54,071 nucleotides of DNA from contig JAFGXX010000001.1 in assembly GCA_016936435.1 (NCBI GenBank), positions 1 to 54,071 on the forward strand, given 5' to 3'. The stretch is from Bacteroidales bacterium (GTDB lineage Bacteria; Bacteroidota; Bacteroidia; Bacteroidales; VadinHA17). A program made the translations under genes and the position numbers. Shown piece after piece: positions 18,097 through 28,217 of this stretch. Below the pieces are notes generated by a model. The model did no database searches and was not told the DNA's origin. It worked only from the letters and a program-made list of their open reading frames with translations. Position 1 is the stretch's first letter; every line of letters starts with the position of its first letter.

Positions 18097-18699
18097 TCAT
18101 TGGCCGGGATTATTTCCCGGACCTATGACCCCGTTACTGTTTAGAAATGTGTATACAATATTAAATACCTCTTCTTCTGCTCTTTCGAGGTTGTCGTTTA
18201 TCACTGTATGATCGAATCCGCTGGCAAGCTTCATTTCTTCGGCAGCCTTGTTCAGCCTGGTCTTTATCTTTGAAGTGTCTTCGGTACCCCTTCGGAGGAG
18301 TCTCTTTTCAAGTTCTTCTACAGAAGGAGGCATTATGAATATCGAAACAGCATCATCTCCGAAAATATTTTTGAGGTTTAGCCCTCCTTTTACATCAACA
18401 TCAAACAGTACATGATTGCCCTTTCTCCATATCCTTTCCAGCTCATTTTTAAGGGTGCCGTAAAACTGACCGGGGTATACTTCTTCCCATTCGATGAAAT
18501 CTCCGCCTTCTATCATTTTTCTGAATTCCCCGACAGAAAGGAAATAATAGTCAAGGCCCTCTTTCTCCCTTCCTCTGCGGGACCTGGTCGTTGCAGATAC
18601 TGAAAATTCAAGGTTCATTTTTGCTCCGAGGAGATACCTTACTATTGTTGTTTTACCTGCCCCTGACGGGGCTGAGATAATAACCAGTTTACCTTTCAT
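18097..18699 (-). CDS. gmk: Guanylate kinase
   Basis: P-loop APSGAGKTT, SVSATTR, EGLDYYF, FYGT, DVDVKGG, FIMPPS. Confidence 0.96.
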   Translation of the reverse strand: MKGKLVIISAPSGAGKTTIVRYLLGAKMNLEFSVSATTRSRRGREKEGLDYYFLSVGEFRKMIEGGDFIEWEEVYPGQFYGTLKNELERIWRKGNHVLFDVDVKGGLNLKNIFGDDAVSIFIMPPSVEELEKRLLRRGTEDTSKIKTRLNKAAEEMKLASGFDHTVINDNLERAEEEVFNIVYTFLNSNGVIGPGNNPGQ

Positions 18700-19574
18700 C
18701 AAAGTACATTCAGCGATTGTTCCTTTATTTTCTCAAGGTCGTCTTTCATCATCACAACAAGTTTTTGAATTGAGGCATCGTTGGCCTTCGACCCTATGGT
18801 ATTTATCTCCCGGCCCATTTCCTGGGAGATGAAATTTAGTATTTTGCCATTGGGAGCAGGCGATTCGATTTTCTCGAGGAAATATTCGCAATGTTTCCTG
18901 AGTCTCACTTTTTCCTCATTGATGTCAAGTTTCTCGAGATAATATATCAGTTCCTGTTCAAACCTGTTCTTATCGATATTACTGTTTCCCTGAAATTCGG
19001 TCAGTACAGAAATGAATTTCTCCCTTATCCTTGAGATTCTTTCTCCCTCGAAATTACTGATCTCCTCCAGGTATGCCAGAATTTTCCGGGTACAATTTAC
19101 CATATCTGCTGCCAGCGAACGGCCCTCTTCGATCCTGTACTGGTCAAGTTGTTCCAGCGCTTCTCCGGTTTTGATCCTTACTGCTTTCCATTCTTCCTCA
19201 TCAGGTTCTGTCTTCTCCGTTTTCAGCGTATCGGGAAGTCTCATTATCGTATTAAGTAGCTGATCATCTGCGTTGATCCCCAGTTCGGTTGCAATTTCCC
19301 TCAACTGAATAAAATAGTTTTTTACCACAGGTTTGTTGATGGAGGATGAAATTTCAGCACCGATGACATCAATGGTTATTACAAAATCAATTTTCCCGCG
19401 GTCAAGTTTCTGGCTGATAAGATTTCTTATTTCGGCTTCCTTCTCCCTGTATATTACAGGTATCCTTGTATTTATGTCGAGCGATCTGGAATTGAGAGAC
19501 CTTATTTCTATTGATATCTTCTTATTGGGGGTCTCGGCTGTGGATTTTCCAAATCCGGTCATCGATTTGATCAT
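18699..19574 (-). CDS. yicC: YicC/YloC-family endoribonuclease
   Basis: MIKSMTGFG, EIRSLNS, RGK, KLDINEEKVRL, QEMGREINTIGSK. Conserved yicC-gmk order. Confidence 0.93.
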   Translation of the reverse strand: MIKSMTGFGKSTAETPNKKISIEIRSLNSRSLDINTRIPVIYREKEAEIRNLISQKLDRGKIDFVITIDVIGAEISSSINKPVVKNYFIQLREIATELGINADDQLLNTIMRLPDTLKTEKTEPDEEEWKAVRIKTGEALEQLDQYRIEEGRSLAADMVNCTRKILAYLEEISNFEGERISRIREKFISVLTEFQGNSNIDKNRFEQELIYYLEKLDINEEKVRLRKHCEYFLEKIESPAPNGKILNFISQEMGREINTIGSKANDASIQKLVVMMKDDLEKIKEQSLNVL

Positions 19575-19623
19575 ATTCCGGTATTTAATATAAGGGTGGA
19601 AAGTTACACAATCCCTTTAAATA

Positions 19624-21003
19624 TCAAACGATCCTTTCGAGCCCTATGGTGAAATGTCTGAGTATGGGAGCTTCATGAATTATCCGGAAACCGTGTCTGA
19701 CAGAGTCTTTCCTGTCGAAAACATTTTTGACAGCGGCAGCAACGTAATCCATATGGTTATCGGAATAAACACGTCTGGGGATTGCTAATCTTACCAGTTC
19801 CCTTCCAGTGTACCTGTTCTGCCGCGTTACCGGATCGCGGTCGGCCATAAGGGTTCCTATTTCAGAGCTTCGGATGCCTCCTTCAATATATATTTCCACC
19901 GCCAGGGTCTGTGCCGGGAACTCTTCCAGAGGAATATGAGGAAGGAATTTTTGTGCGTCAATAAAAATTGCATGTCCGCCAAAAGGTTGCAGCACCGGTA
20001 TTCCGTATTCTTTCATCAGGGATCCGAGGCGGGCTACCTGTCCTATCCTTGACGACAGGAACTCATACTCTGTCCCCTCGTATAAACCCTGTGCGAGCGC
20101 ATTCATATCGCGTCCCGACATTCCTCCGTATGTTATAAATCCTTCATAGATGATATTGAAAGCTGAGGCTCTCCGGAAAGTTTCCTCATCGCGGAAGCCT
20201 ATGAATCCGCCCATATTCACTATGGCGTCTTTTTTGGAGCTCATCGTCATTCCGTCACAGTAGGAAAACATTTCACGTACTATTTCCCTGATATCTTTAT
20301 CGGCGTAACCGGCTTCCCTGGTTTTGATGAACCATGCATTTTCCGCAAATCTTGCCGAATCGAGGAAAAACTTAACTCCGTATTTTTGAGCCAGAGCACC
20401 TGTGCTTCTTATATTTTCCATGCTCACGGGCTGTCCTCCTGAAGTGTTATTGGTTATCGTAACAATGATGCAGGCTATTTTTTCAGAAGGATTGTCTTTC
20501 AGAACTCTCTCCAGTTTCTCAAGATCCACATTGCCCTTAAATGGTGCGTTGAGTGTAGTATCTGATGCAATATCTACAGTACAGTCGACGGGTACGGCTT
20601 TCCTGAATTCGATATGTCCCTTTGTTGTGTCAAAATGTGAATTTCCCGGCACCAGGTCACCTTCTTTTACGAGGACTGAAAAGAGGACGTTTTCTGCAGC
20701 TCTACCCTGGTGAACGGGGAGAAACCAGCTGAAACCTGTTATTTCGGAGATTACATTTTTGAGATTGTAGTACGACGATGCTCCTGCATAGCTTTCATCG
20801 CCTGTCATAAGGGCAGCCCACTGCCGGTCGCTCATCGCTCCGGTACCTGAGTCGGTGAGCAAATCGATGGTTACCTGTTCTGCTTTGAGGTTGAACAGGT
20901 TATAACCCGATTCAGTAATCCATTTTTCTCTCTGGCCCTCAGTGCTTTTGTAAACCGGCTCTACCATCTTTGTTTTATATGGTTCAACGTATGGAAGTTT
21001 CAT
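19624..21003 (-). CDS. tnaA: Tryptophanase (beta-eliminating lyase)
   Basis: IDLLTDSGT, GDESYAG, HQGRAAE, HFDTT, MSSKKD (PLP Lys), TYGGMSGRD, RLAIPRRVY. The C-terminal LRHFT is tryptophanase-type; tyrosine phenol-lyase has LRFFT. Start set at ATG 21003. Confidence 0.88.
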   Translation of the reverse strand: MKLPYVEPYKTKMVEPVYKSTEGQREKWITESGYNLFNLKAEQVTIDLLTDSGTGAMSDRQWAALMTGDESYAGASSYYNLKNVISEITGFSWFLPVHQGRAAENVLFSVLVKEGDLVPGNSHFDTTKGHIEFRKAVPVDCTVDIASDTTLNAPFKGNVDLEKLERVLKDNPSEKIACIIVTITNNTSGGQPVSMENIRSTGALAQKYGVKFFLDSARFAENAWFIKTREAGYADKDIREIVREMFSYCDGMTMSSKKDAIVNMGGFIGFRDEETFRRASAFNIIYEGFITYGGMSGRDMNALAQGLYEGTEYEFLSSRIGQVARLGSLMKEYGIPVLQPFGGHAIFIDAQKFLPHIPLEEFPAQTLAVEIYIEGGIRSSEIGTLMADRDPVTRQNRYTGRELVRLAIPRRVYSDNHMDYVAAAVKNVFDRKDSVRHGFRIIHEAPILRHFTIGLERIV

Positions 21004-21227
21004 AATAACTTTAATTAAAATTAACAGGTGATTTTTTGTTTGCGGCATAAGGTTTGTTGCATACAGGCCGGGAATGCTTCTGCTGATTGAAGAACAATAA
21101 AATCCGGCAGCCGCGCTTTATAAACCATCATTCCAGAAATGAATGATGAATACCTTAAAATACGAATGAATCGCGGTTTTTAATATTCCTGTATATATTA
21201 AAGGCCCGGTATTCCGTTATTATAAGA

Positions 21228-21243
21228 TGTGACATAATTCACT
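21228..21243. promoter_or_regulatory. TGTGA-N6-TCACT palindrome (CRP/FNR- or Rex-like operator candidate)
   Basis: TGTGACATAATTCACT in the divergent region between tnaA and the DUF3078 gene. It matches 9 of 10 positions of TGTGA-N6-TCACA. Confidence 0.3.
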
Positions 21244-21319
21244 TATGTGGTTCCTGAAAGTAAAAGTAATAGTATTTTGTTATATTCAATCCGTAAAATA
21301 AAATAGAAAGCTGGTAAAA

Positions 21320-23137
21320 ATGTATAAAATTTTCTCCCGGATACTACCTGTTCTTATCCTGTCAGTATTTCCGTTCTACTCGTCAGGTCAGGAACTTACA
21401 GGTACTGATGGTTTACCGGGGCCGGTTGTGGATTCTCTCCTGAAAACAGGCATTGTCTTCAGCGAAAATCAGCGTCCTGATACTATCGAATTATCAAATG
21501 AGCAGGCAATAGAATTCCTGCAGCGTAAGATCAGGCTCCGTTACTGGAAGGATCCGGCCGATCCCCTAAGGGTGGCCTTGAGTCAGCTTGTTTTTGAAGC
21601 TTCTCATGATCCTTACGATTCAGCGAAGCTATACCTTGAAAAATTCCCCTTCGACTCGCTGCATGTTCCCTGGGACAAATTTTTCATTTGGGAGCCTCTC
21701 AGGCTCAAAATTCCTGTAATTACACAGACTGAAATATTTGTTCCATCCGACAGTCTGGCTGTCGCCGATACAGCAGCAATTGCTGAACGGGCCGATTCAC
21801 TTGAAATTCCTGTTAAGCTCTATGAGACTGTTACACACCTGAAGGACACATCAATTCTGGTTGTCATTGATACTCTTTATCGTGTCGAAACCAGTGATCG
21901 TCGTACTCCCTTTGCCTATCATGATTATCCGTACCAGGCTGATTCGATCTTTACGGCTGTTGAAAGACTGATGAATTATGTTGAAGCCCGCGATTCGAGC
22001 CTGGTATATTTCACCGGGGCCGGTGATGATATAACTCCGGTATGGCTTAATTCGACCACCGGCCGGATGCACAGATACTGGCTCAAAACCGATCTGTATG
22101 ATTCGGTTACCGTATGGATAGGCAGTCAGGGAAGAAATACAATCGCCCTGTACCTCGAAAACGGGATCAGCTTCATCAGACCTGCCAAGCAGGAACTTTA
22201 TACCGACCCGAGTGTCGAAATAAAGGAAATTGACAGATCCACGCTCAGAGAAGTGAGGAAGATTATCGTCAAGCCGCAATACTGGACATACAGATCCGAG
22301 GCGGCATTTGCTCTCAATCAGGCTTCACTTACGAACTGGGTGAAAGGAGGGGAGAGCAACCTTTCGACTTCTCTCGATATAACAGGTTTTGCCGATTACA
22401 ACAATAAGAATCTGAAAATAACTTCTAAAAACTTCGCACGATTAAAATACGGACTTATCTGGACTGCCGAGGACGGTATCAGGAAGAATCTCGACCTGCT
22501 GGAGACGAATTCCAAGCTTAACCACAAAGCATTCGGGAAATTTGATTTCAGCGCCATTCTGCTTTTTAAAACACAGCTGGCAAAAGGATTTACCTATCCG
22601 AACGATACGACTAAAAACCTTGTATCGAAATTTTTTAACCCGGCAACGTTGACTATAGGTTTTGGCCTTGATTATAAGCCTAACAAGCTTACTTCTATAA
22701 ACTTAAGTCCATTGTCATATAAGGGAACCTTTGTCCCTGACACAACAGGTATCAAAGGCATTGATGCTATCGATCAGACCAAGTTCGGCGTTTCCTCCGA
22801 TAAGCGTGCAAAACATGAACCGGGCGCCAGCTTTATGATTTCACATGAATACCAGCCTCGGAGTAATGTAAAGATAATCAACAGATTGCAATTATTTACG
22901 AACTATATTCATAACCCCCTTAACATAGATGTCGACTGGGAAATGATATTGTCCGCGAACCTTAACTGGTTTACCGATGTAAGGTTCAATACCCACCTTA
23001 TCTTTGATGATGATACAAAGTCGCCTTTGTTCGACAAGGATGACAAACCTGTTCTGGGACCAGACGGGAAGCAGAAAAAGACTGCGAGGATACAGTTTAA
23101 GGAGATTCTTGGATTTTCTTTTGTGTTCAGGTTTTAA
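21320..23137 (+). CDS. DUF3078-family outer-membrane beta-barrel protein with long N-terminal extension
   Basis: Signal peptide. The C-terminal half has NQASLTNWVKGGES, FKTQLAKG, SKFFNPA, GLDYK, LSPLSYK, LFTNY, NIDVDWE, QFKE and a terminal Phe. Confidence 0.8.
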   Translation: MYKIFSRILPVLILSVFPFYSSGQELTGTDGLPGPVVDSLLKTGIVFSENQRPDTIELSNEQAIEFLQRKIRLRYWKDPADPLRVALSQLVFEASHDPYDSAKLYLEKFPFDSLHVPWDKFFIWEPLRLKIPVITQTEIFVPSDSLAVADTAAIAERADSLEIPVKLYETVTHLKDTSILVVIDTLYRVETSDRRTPFAYHDYPYQADSIFTAVERLMNYVEARDSSLVYFTGAGDDITPVWLNSTTGRMHRYWLKTDLYDSVTVWIGSQGRNTIALYLENGISFIRPAKQELYTDPSVEIKEIDRSTLREVRKIIVKPQYWTYRSEAAFALNQASLTNWVKGGESNLSTSLDITGFADYNNKNLKITSKNFARLKYGLIWTAEDGIRKNLDLLETNSKLNHKAFGKFDFSAILLFKTQLAKGFTYPNDTTKNLVSKFFNPATLTIGFGLDYKPNKLTSINLSPLSYKGTFVPDTTGIKGIDAIDQTKFGVSSDKRAKHEPGASFMISHEYQPRSNVKIINRLQLFTNYIHNPLNIDVDWEMILSANLNWFTDVRFNTHLIFDDDTKSPLFDKDDKPVLGPDGKQKKTARIQFKEILGFSFVFRF

Positions 23138-24254
23138 GGCTCTTCTGGTAGATACGGAATTTTTTGACGACTTTTCCGCCCACTCTTTCGTATTCAGCTC
23201 TCATCTTATGGTTGTCTTCGAGTACCAGATGACTGTCGATAAGTTCCATCCGGCTCTTTATTGCCGATTCGAGGATCTTGACACCCATAAGTACATCCAG
23301 ACCTCTTCCGCGGTATTCTTTTTTAACACCGCCCAGCATCATCATTAGTTTTTTTGTCCGTTTTGATTCCCTGAGAACCTTTAAGAGGCCGAATGGCAGC
23401 AGCCTTCCCCTACAGGCCCTTATACCCGGGCTCACGTCGGGCATTCCGACAGCAAAACCGGCCATCTGCCCGTCTGACATGACGACCTTGATGAATTTAG
23501 GATCGAGAATAGGAATATACCTGTTGGCAAATTCCACCTTCTCCCTGTCGGTCAGAGGAACAAAACCATAGATCTCACTGAAAGTCTCATTCATGAGTTC
23601 CAGTGCAGGTACGATTACCTTCCTGAGTTCCTGCTTGGTTGTGAATTCGACAATCTTGTATTCGTTCGTTTTTTCAACTCTTTCAATTACTCTCCTGTAA
23701 ATTTCAGGTAATTCTTCAGGCATATTAACGAGATAGTTCACCAGGTCGATCTTCTTTTCGTATCCTTCTGATTCGATAAAAGTGACCATGTAGGGGGAAT
23801 TATTGGCAGCTGTTATGAACATGGGATATTCGAACCCTTCAATCTGAAAACCCTGAGGATCCTTGTCAGAAAAGCCCAGAGGACCTACAAGGTGTGTCAT
23901 CCCTTTTTCACGCGCCCAGTCTTCCACCGCGGTAAGGAGAGCATGAAAGACTTCAGGTTCATTATAGCATTCCATAAAGCAGAACCTGCCGTGATTCTCG
24001 TTATGAATTGCATTATAACGGTTGTTTATGATACCCATTATCCTTCCCTGTGGTTTGCCTTTTCTGTATGCTACCATCAGTTTTGCTTCAGCATACAGGT
24101 ACGACTTGTTCTTCTTCTTATTAAACAGAAGCTTGTCGTCCATATATATCGGAGGAAGCCATTCTGCTTCTCCTCTGTGAACCTTCTCGGGAAGAAAAAT
24201 GAAATCATGAAGTTCTTTACGCGAACTGACCTCTCTTACGGTTATCCCATCCAT
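23127..24254 (-). CDS. YghO-like double-GNAT acyltransferase, candidate bacterial ceramide synthase
   Basis: FIFLP...WLPP, GRIMGIIN, RFCFMEC, VGPLGFSD..PQG..IEGF, GRLLPFG, GVKKEYRGRG, LEDN. Length 375 aa. Confidence 0.65.
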   Translation of the reverse strand: MDGITVREVSSRKELHDFIFLPEKVHRGEAEWLPPIYMDDKLLFNKKKNKSYLYAEAKLMVAYRKGKPQGRIMGIINNRYNAIHNENHGRFCFMECYNEPEVFHALLTAVEDWAREKGMTHLVGPLGFSDKDPQGFQIEGFEYPMFITAANNSPYMVTFIESEGYEKKIDLVNYLVNMPEELPEIYRRVIERVEKTNEYKIVEFTTKQELRKVIVPALELMNETFSEIYGFVPLTDREKVEFANRYIPILDPKFIKVVMSDGQMAGFAVGMPDVSPGIRACRGRLLPFGLLKVLRESKRTKKLMMMLGGVKKEYRGRGLDVLMGVKILESAIKSRMELIDSHLVLEDNHKMRAEYERVGGKVVKKFRIYQKSLKT

Positions 24255-24288
24255 AGCAAATGATTAATTGTGAAATGTAATAATATTA

Positions 24289-25167
24289 TCATGATTTTCC
24301 TATCCACAGATCAAGGATAACAAATAAGGCAAAAAATATGCTTGCAACACCATTCGTAGTACCGAATGCAATATTCACCCTGCTCAGATCGTCATGCTTC
24401 ACTATCTTATGCTGATATACGAGGAGGGCGACAAAGATCAGCGCGCCTGCCCAGAATAATACTCCTCCTTCTCCCAGACAGCCGGCCGGCACAACCAGTA
24501 ATATTGTCAATGCATGAACCGCTGATGAGATTATCAGGGCTTTTTTCCTGCCTGTAGCTGAGGGCAGGGAGTAGAGTTTGTTTTCCGAGTCGAATTCATC
24601 ATCCTGCAGGGCATAAATTATATCAAATCCACTTACCCATGTGAGAACGATGGCCGAATAAATAAGCGGGACAACTGCAAATGATCCTGTAACCGATATA
24701 TAGGCTCCTGCCGGTGCAAGGCTTAAACCGAGTCCAAGAATAAAATGGCACAATGCAGTAAAACGTTTGGTCAGGCTGTAGCCAAGTATAATAATAAGTG
24801 CCACGGGTGAGAGAAAAAGGGTTAGCTTGTTAATGAATCCGGCCGTTGTAATGAAAAGTGCTGCATTAATTAGAACAAAAAGCAAAGCCGCCCGGCTGCT
24901 GATGGTCCCCCCCGGAATCTCCCTCTGTTTTGTTCTGGGATTCATGGCGTCGAATTTTCTGTCGGCATACCTGTTGAATCCCATCGCCGCATTTCGTGCA
25001 AAGACCATACAGAGTATTACCAGCAGGAAGAGCCTGATGCTGAAACTGTAACCGTCGGCCAGCACTGCCACGGAAAATCCGATAAGGGCAAAGGGCATGG
25101 CGAAAACGGTATGGCTGAATTTTACCAGCGCAAGGTAGTTTTTTACTGACCTGATTACTGAGTTCAT
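24289..25167 (-). CDS. UbiA-family prenyltransferase, MqnP-like
   Basis: [58 protein letters not shown]. Multiple transmembrane helices. Confidence 0.88.
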   Translation of the reverse strand: MNSVIRSVKNYLALVKFSHTVFAMPFALIGFSVAVLADGYSFSIRLFLLVILCMVFARNAAMGFNRYADRKFDAMNPRTKQREIPGGTISSRAALLFVLINAALFITTAGFINKLTLFLSPVALIIILGYSLTKRFTALCHFILGLGLSLAPAGAYISVTGSFAVVPLIYSAIVLTWVSGFDIIYALQDDEFDSENKLYSLPSATGRKKALIISSAVHALTILLVVPAGCLGEGGVLFWAGALIFVALLVYQHKIVKHDDLSRVNIAFGTTNGVASIFFALFVILDLWIGKS

Positions 25168-25676
25168 GCTTTAAGCAGGCTGCTGTATATTCTGTAACTT
25201 TCGTCGTCGAACGCAACGAAGATGACTTTTTCGGGGAGGCTGTTCTTCATCAGGAATCTTTTTGTTTCGTTAACGGCTATTGTTGCAGCAAGTTCTTTGG
25301 GAAACCTGTATATGCCTGTCGAAATTCCCGGAAAGGCCACGCTTTTCAATTTATATTCCCGTGCCAGTCTCAGGCTTGACGAATAGCACGATGCAAGCTG
25401 TTCGGATTCATTGCGATAGCCTCCGTACCATACCGGCCCGACAGTATGAATGACATAACGGGCCCGGAGACGGTATCCTTTTGTGATCTTTGCCTCTCCC
25501 GTATTGCAGCCGTTGAGTTCCCTGCATTCAGCAAGTAAATCCGGTCCTGCTGCCCTGTGGATAGCTCCGTCGACACCTCCTCCTCCAAGAAGAGAAGTGT
25601 TAGCCGCGTTTACAATGGCATCTGCCTTCAAACCGGTAATATCGCCCCTGTGGAGTTCCAGACGTTTTTTGTCCAT
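25164..25676 (-). CDS. ymdB: Macrodomain O-acetyl-ADP-ribose deacetylase (YmdB-like)
   Basis: [45 protein letters not shown]. The ATG overlaps the pheT stop (TGATG). Confidence 0.92.
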   Translation of the reverse strand: MDKKRLELHRGDITGLKADAIVNAANTSLLGGGGVDGAIHRAAGPDLLAECRELNGCNTGEAKITKGYRLRARYVIHTVGPVWYGGYRNESEQLASCYSSSLRLAREYKLKSVAFPGISTGIYRFPKELAATIAVNETKRFLMKNSLPEKVIFVAFDDESYRIYSSLLKA

Positions 25677-28129
25677 CACCTTATTGTTGCATTGAGCTCC
25701 TTTTCAAAGACCATTGCAAGGGCTTTCATAACCTTGTCGATGCTTTTGTCGGTAAGGGTTCTCTGGTCATCTCTAAGTATGAAACTTACTGCATAGGATT
25801 TCTTGTTATCGCCCAGAGTGTTGCTTTCGTAAACATCAAACAGGTCGACTGATTTCAGGATATGTTTCTCAGTCCTGAAAGCCAGGTCTCGTATCTGGCT
25901 GAATTTTATTTCCTTATCGATCAGTAACGCAAGATCTCTTCTTACCCATGGATATTTTGGCAATTCCCTGTATGAGGGTGAATGGTTTCTGACAGACATC
26001 AGCAGATGGTCCCATTCTATTTGTGAATAATACACATCCTGCTCTATATCAAATCTCGCCAGGTACTTATCTGCCACCCGCCCTGCCCCGGCAACAATTT
26101 TCCCATTTACGCTCCATGCAAGAGCTTCAGAGAAATATCCCCCGGCACTTTCACTTTTGGCAAGGCTATCCGGATTCAGTCCAAGTCTTGAAAGGACCAT
26201 TTCGGTAGTCGATTTGATGTCGAAGAAGTCGGATGCCCTGACCCTGCTGTTCCATCGCTGTGGCAGGTGATTGCCGGAAATGAAGATACCCAGTACCCTC
26301 TTTTCCTTAAAATCGCTGACGGCAGGTATCTGCTTCCCTGTATTTTCAAGGAAATAGCAGTTGCCAAATTCATAAAGCTTCAGATCTGCATTCTGCCTGT
26401 TTATGTTCCTCGCAACCGAGCTTAATCCGCCGTAAATAAGCGACTGTCGCATGGCGTTGAGATCTGAGCTGAGAGGGTTGGCAAGTCTGACGAGTTTATC
26501 TGTTTCGAAATCTTCATTTTCATAAAAGGAAGCCGGGTTGAGAGAATTGCACATAATTTCAGAGAAGCCTGCAGAAGTGAGCATATCGGCTATTATGTTT
26601 ACGAGTTTCTCCCTGTCGGGTTTTTCGGTGTAGAAGAGAGTGGAGTTAACATGATCATGAATTTCCACATTGTTGTAACCGTATATTCTCAATATCTCTT
26701 CCACCACATCAGCTTCGCGATGAACGTCAACTCTGTAAGCAGGGACCTCAAGAAGAAGGATATCATCTTCTTCACTGATCACTATGAAGTCGAGCATTTC
26801 AAGTATTTTTTTGATCACAGGCTTGCCGATAGTTTTGCCAGTGATCCTGGCCATATTTTTAAAGCTGACTTCAACCTGCCTTCTTTTGATCTTCGAAGGG
26901 TAAATATCTGCAATTTCAGAGCTGATCTTTCCTCCGGCAATTTCCCTGATGAGCACTGCAGCCCGTTTTAGCGCCCAGGGTGTGATCTCCGGATCGGCTC
27001 CTCTTTCAAACCTGAAGGAGGCATCAGTGTTAAGGCCATGCCGTCTGGCACTTTTTCGTATCGACACCGGATTGAAATATGCGCTCTCGAGGAACACATT
27101 CTTAGTGGAAGTTGTCACTCCTGACCCTATCCCTCCGAAGATACCGGCGATGCACATGCCTTCAGTCGCGTTGCAGATCATAAGATCTTTTGATGAGAGG
27201 GTTCTTTCAGTTCCGTCGAGGGTGATGAATTTAGTGCCGTCGGGGAGATTCTTGATTATTACTTTTTTGCCTTCGATTTTATCGGCATCGAAAGCATGCA
27301 GCGGATGGCCTATTTCATGCTGAACAAAATTTGTGATGTCTACAACATTATTGACAGGATTCAGTCCGATAGCCCTGAGTTTGTTTTTAAGCCACTCCGG
27401 CGATTCTGCTACACTTACGCCGCTGATTGTCAAACCCGTATACCTTGGGCAGTCAGCAGCGTTCTCAATAATTACCTGGCAGGGATTATCATTATTGTCG
27501 GGTTTGAATCCGCTGACCTCCGGCTTCACTGCTTTACAGTCCATACCCTCATTAATATTGAGGTATGCAGCAAGATCCCTTGCCACTCCGAAGTGCGATC
27601 CGCTGTCTATCCTGTTGGGTGTCAGGCCTATTTCAAAAACAGTATCTTTAACGATATTGAAGTATTGAGAAGCCGGGGTTCCCGGTATAGCGTTTTCACT
27701 GAGGATCATTATACCTTCATGATCTGTGCCCAGTCCGAGTTCATCTTCTGCACATATCATCCCCTCGGAGAGCTCACCCCTGATCTTCGATCTTTTGATC
27801 TCCATTCTTTCTTTTCCCTTTAAAACATAAGTGCCTGCTGGTGCAACCGGGACCTTCTGACCTGCTGCTACATTAGGAGCGCCGCATACAATATGAAGGG
27901 GTTCTCCAATGCCGGTGCTGACTGTTGTAACAGACAATTTGTCGGCATCAGGGTGTTTCTTACATGTCAGTACCTCGCCAATAACCACCCCCTTCAATCC
28001 TCCTTCAACAGATTCCCATTCTTCAATCGCTTCAACCTCCAGACCTGTTCCGGTAAGAATTTCAGCCAGTTTGCGGGGTTCAATATCTATGTTGAGATAA
28101 TCCCTGAGCCAGTTGTATGATATCTTCAT
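25676..28129 (-). CDS. pheT: Phenylalanine--tRNA ligase beta subunit
   Basis: MKISYNWL start at 28129, [63 protein letters not shown]. Confidence 0.97.
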   Translation of the reverse strand: MKISYNWLRDYLNIDIEPRKLAEILTGTGLEVEAIEEWESVEGGLKGVVIGEVLTCKKHPDADKLSVTTVSTGIGEPLHIVCGAPNVAAGQKVPVAPAGTYVLKGKERMEIKRSKIRGELSEGMICAEDELGLGTDHEGIMILSENAIPGTPASQYFNIVKDTVFEIGLTPNRIDSGSHFGVARDLAAYLNINEGMDCKAVKPEVSGFKPDNNDNPCQVIIENAADCPRYTGLTISGVSVAESPEWLKNKLRAIGLNPVNNVVDITNFVQHEIGHPLHAFDADKIEGKKVIIKNLPDGTKFITLDGTERTLSSKDLMICNATEGMCIAGIFGGIGSGVTTSTKNVFLESAYFNPVSIRKSARRHGLNTDASFRFERGADPEITPWALKRAAVLIREIAGGKISSEIADIYPSKIKRRQVEVSFKNMARITGKTIGKPVIKKILEMLDFIVISEEDDILLLEVPAYRVDVHREADVVEEILRIYGYNNVEIHDHVNSTLFYTEKPDREKLVNIIADMLTSAGFSEIMCNSLNPASFYENEDFETDKLVRLANPLSSDLNAMRQSLIYGGLSSVARNINRQNADLKLYEFGNCYFLENTGKQIPAVSDFKEKRVLGIFISGNHLPQRWNSRVRASDFFDIKSTTEMVLSRLGLNPDSLAKSESAGGYFSEALAWSVNGKIVAGAGRVADKYLARFDIEQDVYYSQIEWDHLLMSVRNHSPSYRELPKYPWVRRDLALLIDKEIKFSQIRDLAFRTEKHILKSVDLFDVYESNTLGDNKKSYAVSFILRDDQRTLTDKSIDKVMKALAMVFEKELNATIR

Positions 28130-28159
28130 GTGTATAAATATGATTCGGATAACAAAACG

Positions 28160-28167
28160 CAAAAGTA
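28160..28167 (-). promoter_or_regulatory. -7 box (TACTTTTG on minus strand) for pheT
   Basis: Exact TAnnTTTG match about 30 nt upstream of the pheT ATG. Confidence 0.6.
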
Positions 28168-28191
28168 AGAATTTTGAGAGACGTAAATATC

Positions 28192-28199
28192 TATCTTTG
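28192..28199 (+). promoter_or_regulatory. -7 box (TATCTTTG) for the surE operon
   Basis: Exact TAnnTTTG match about 19 nt upstream of the surE ATG, back-to-back with the pheT box. Confidence 0.6.
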
Positions 28200-28217
28200 T
28201 GAACAAACTTATGATTT

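Noticed and set aside
19624-21003. Tyrosine phenol-lyase as an alternative call
   Set aside because: The C-terminal LRHFT matches tryptophanase rather than the LRFFT of tyrosine phenol-lyase. This is not experimentally excluded.
21004-21240. Possible TnaC-like leader peptide upstream of tnaA
   Set aside because: The short minus-strand ORFs here (MSHLIITEYRAF..., MMVYKARLPDF...) contain no Trp and no TnaC-like W...D...P pattern.
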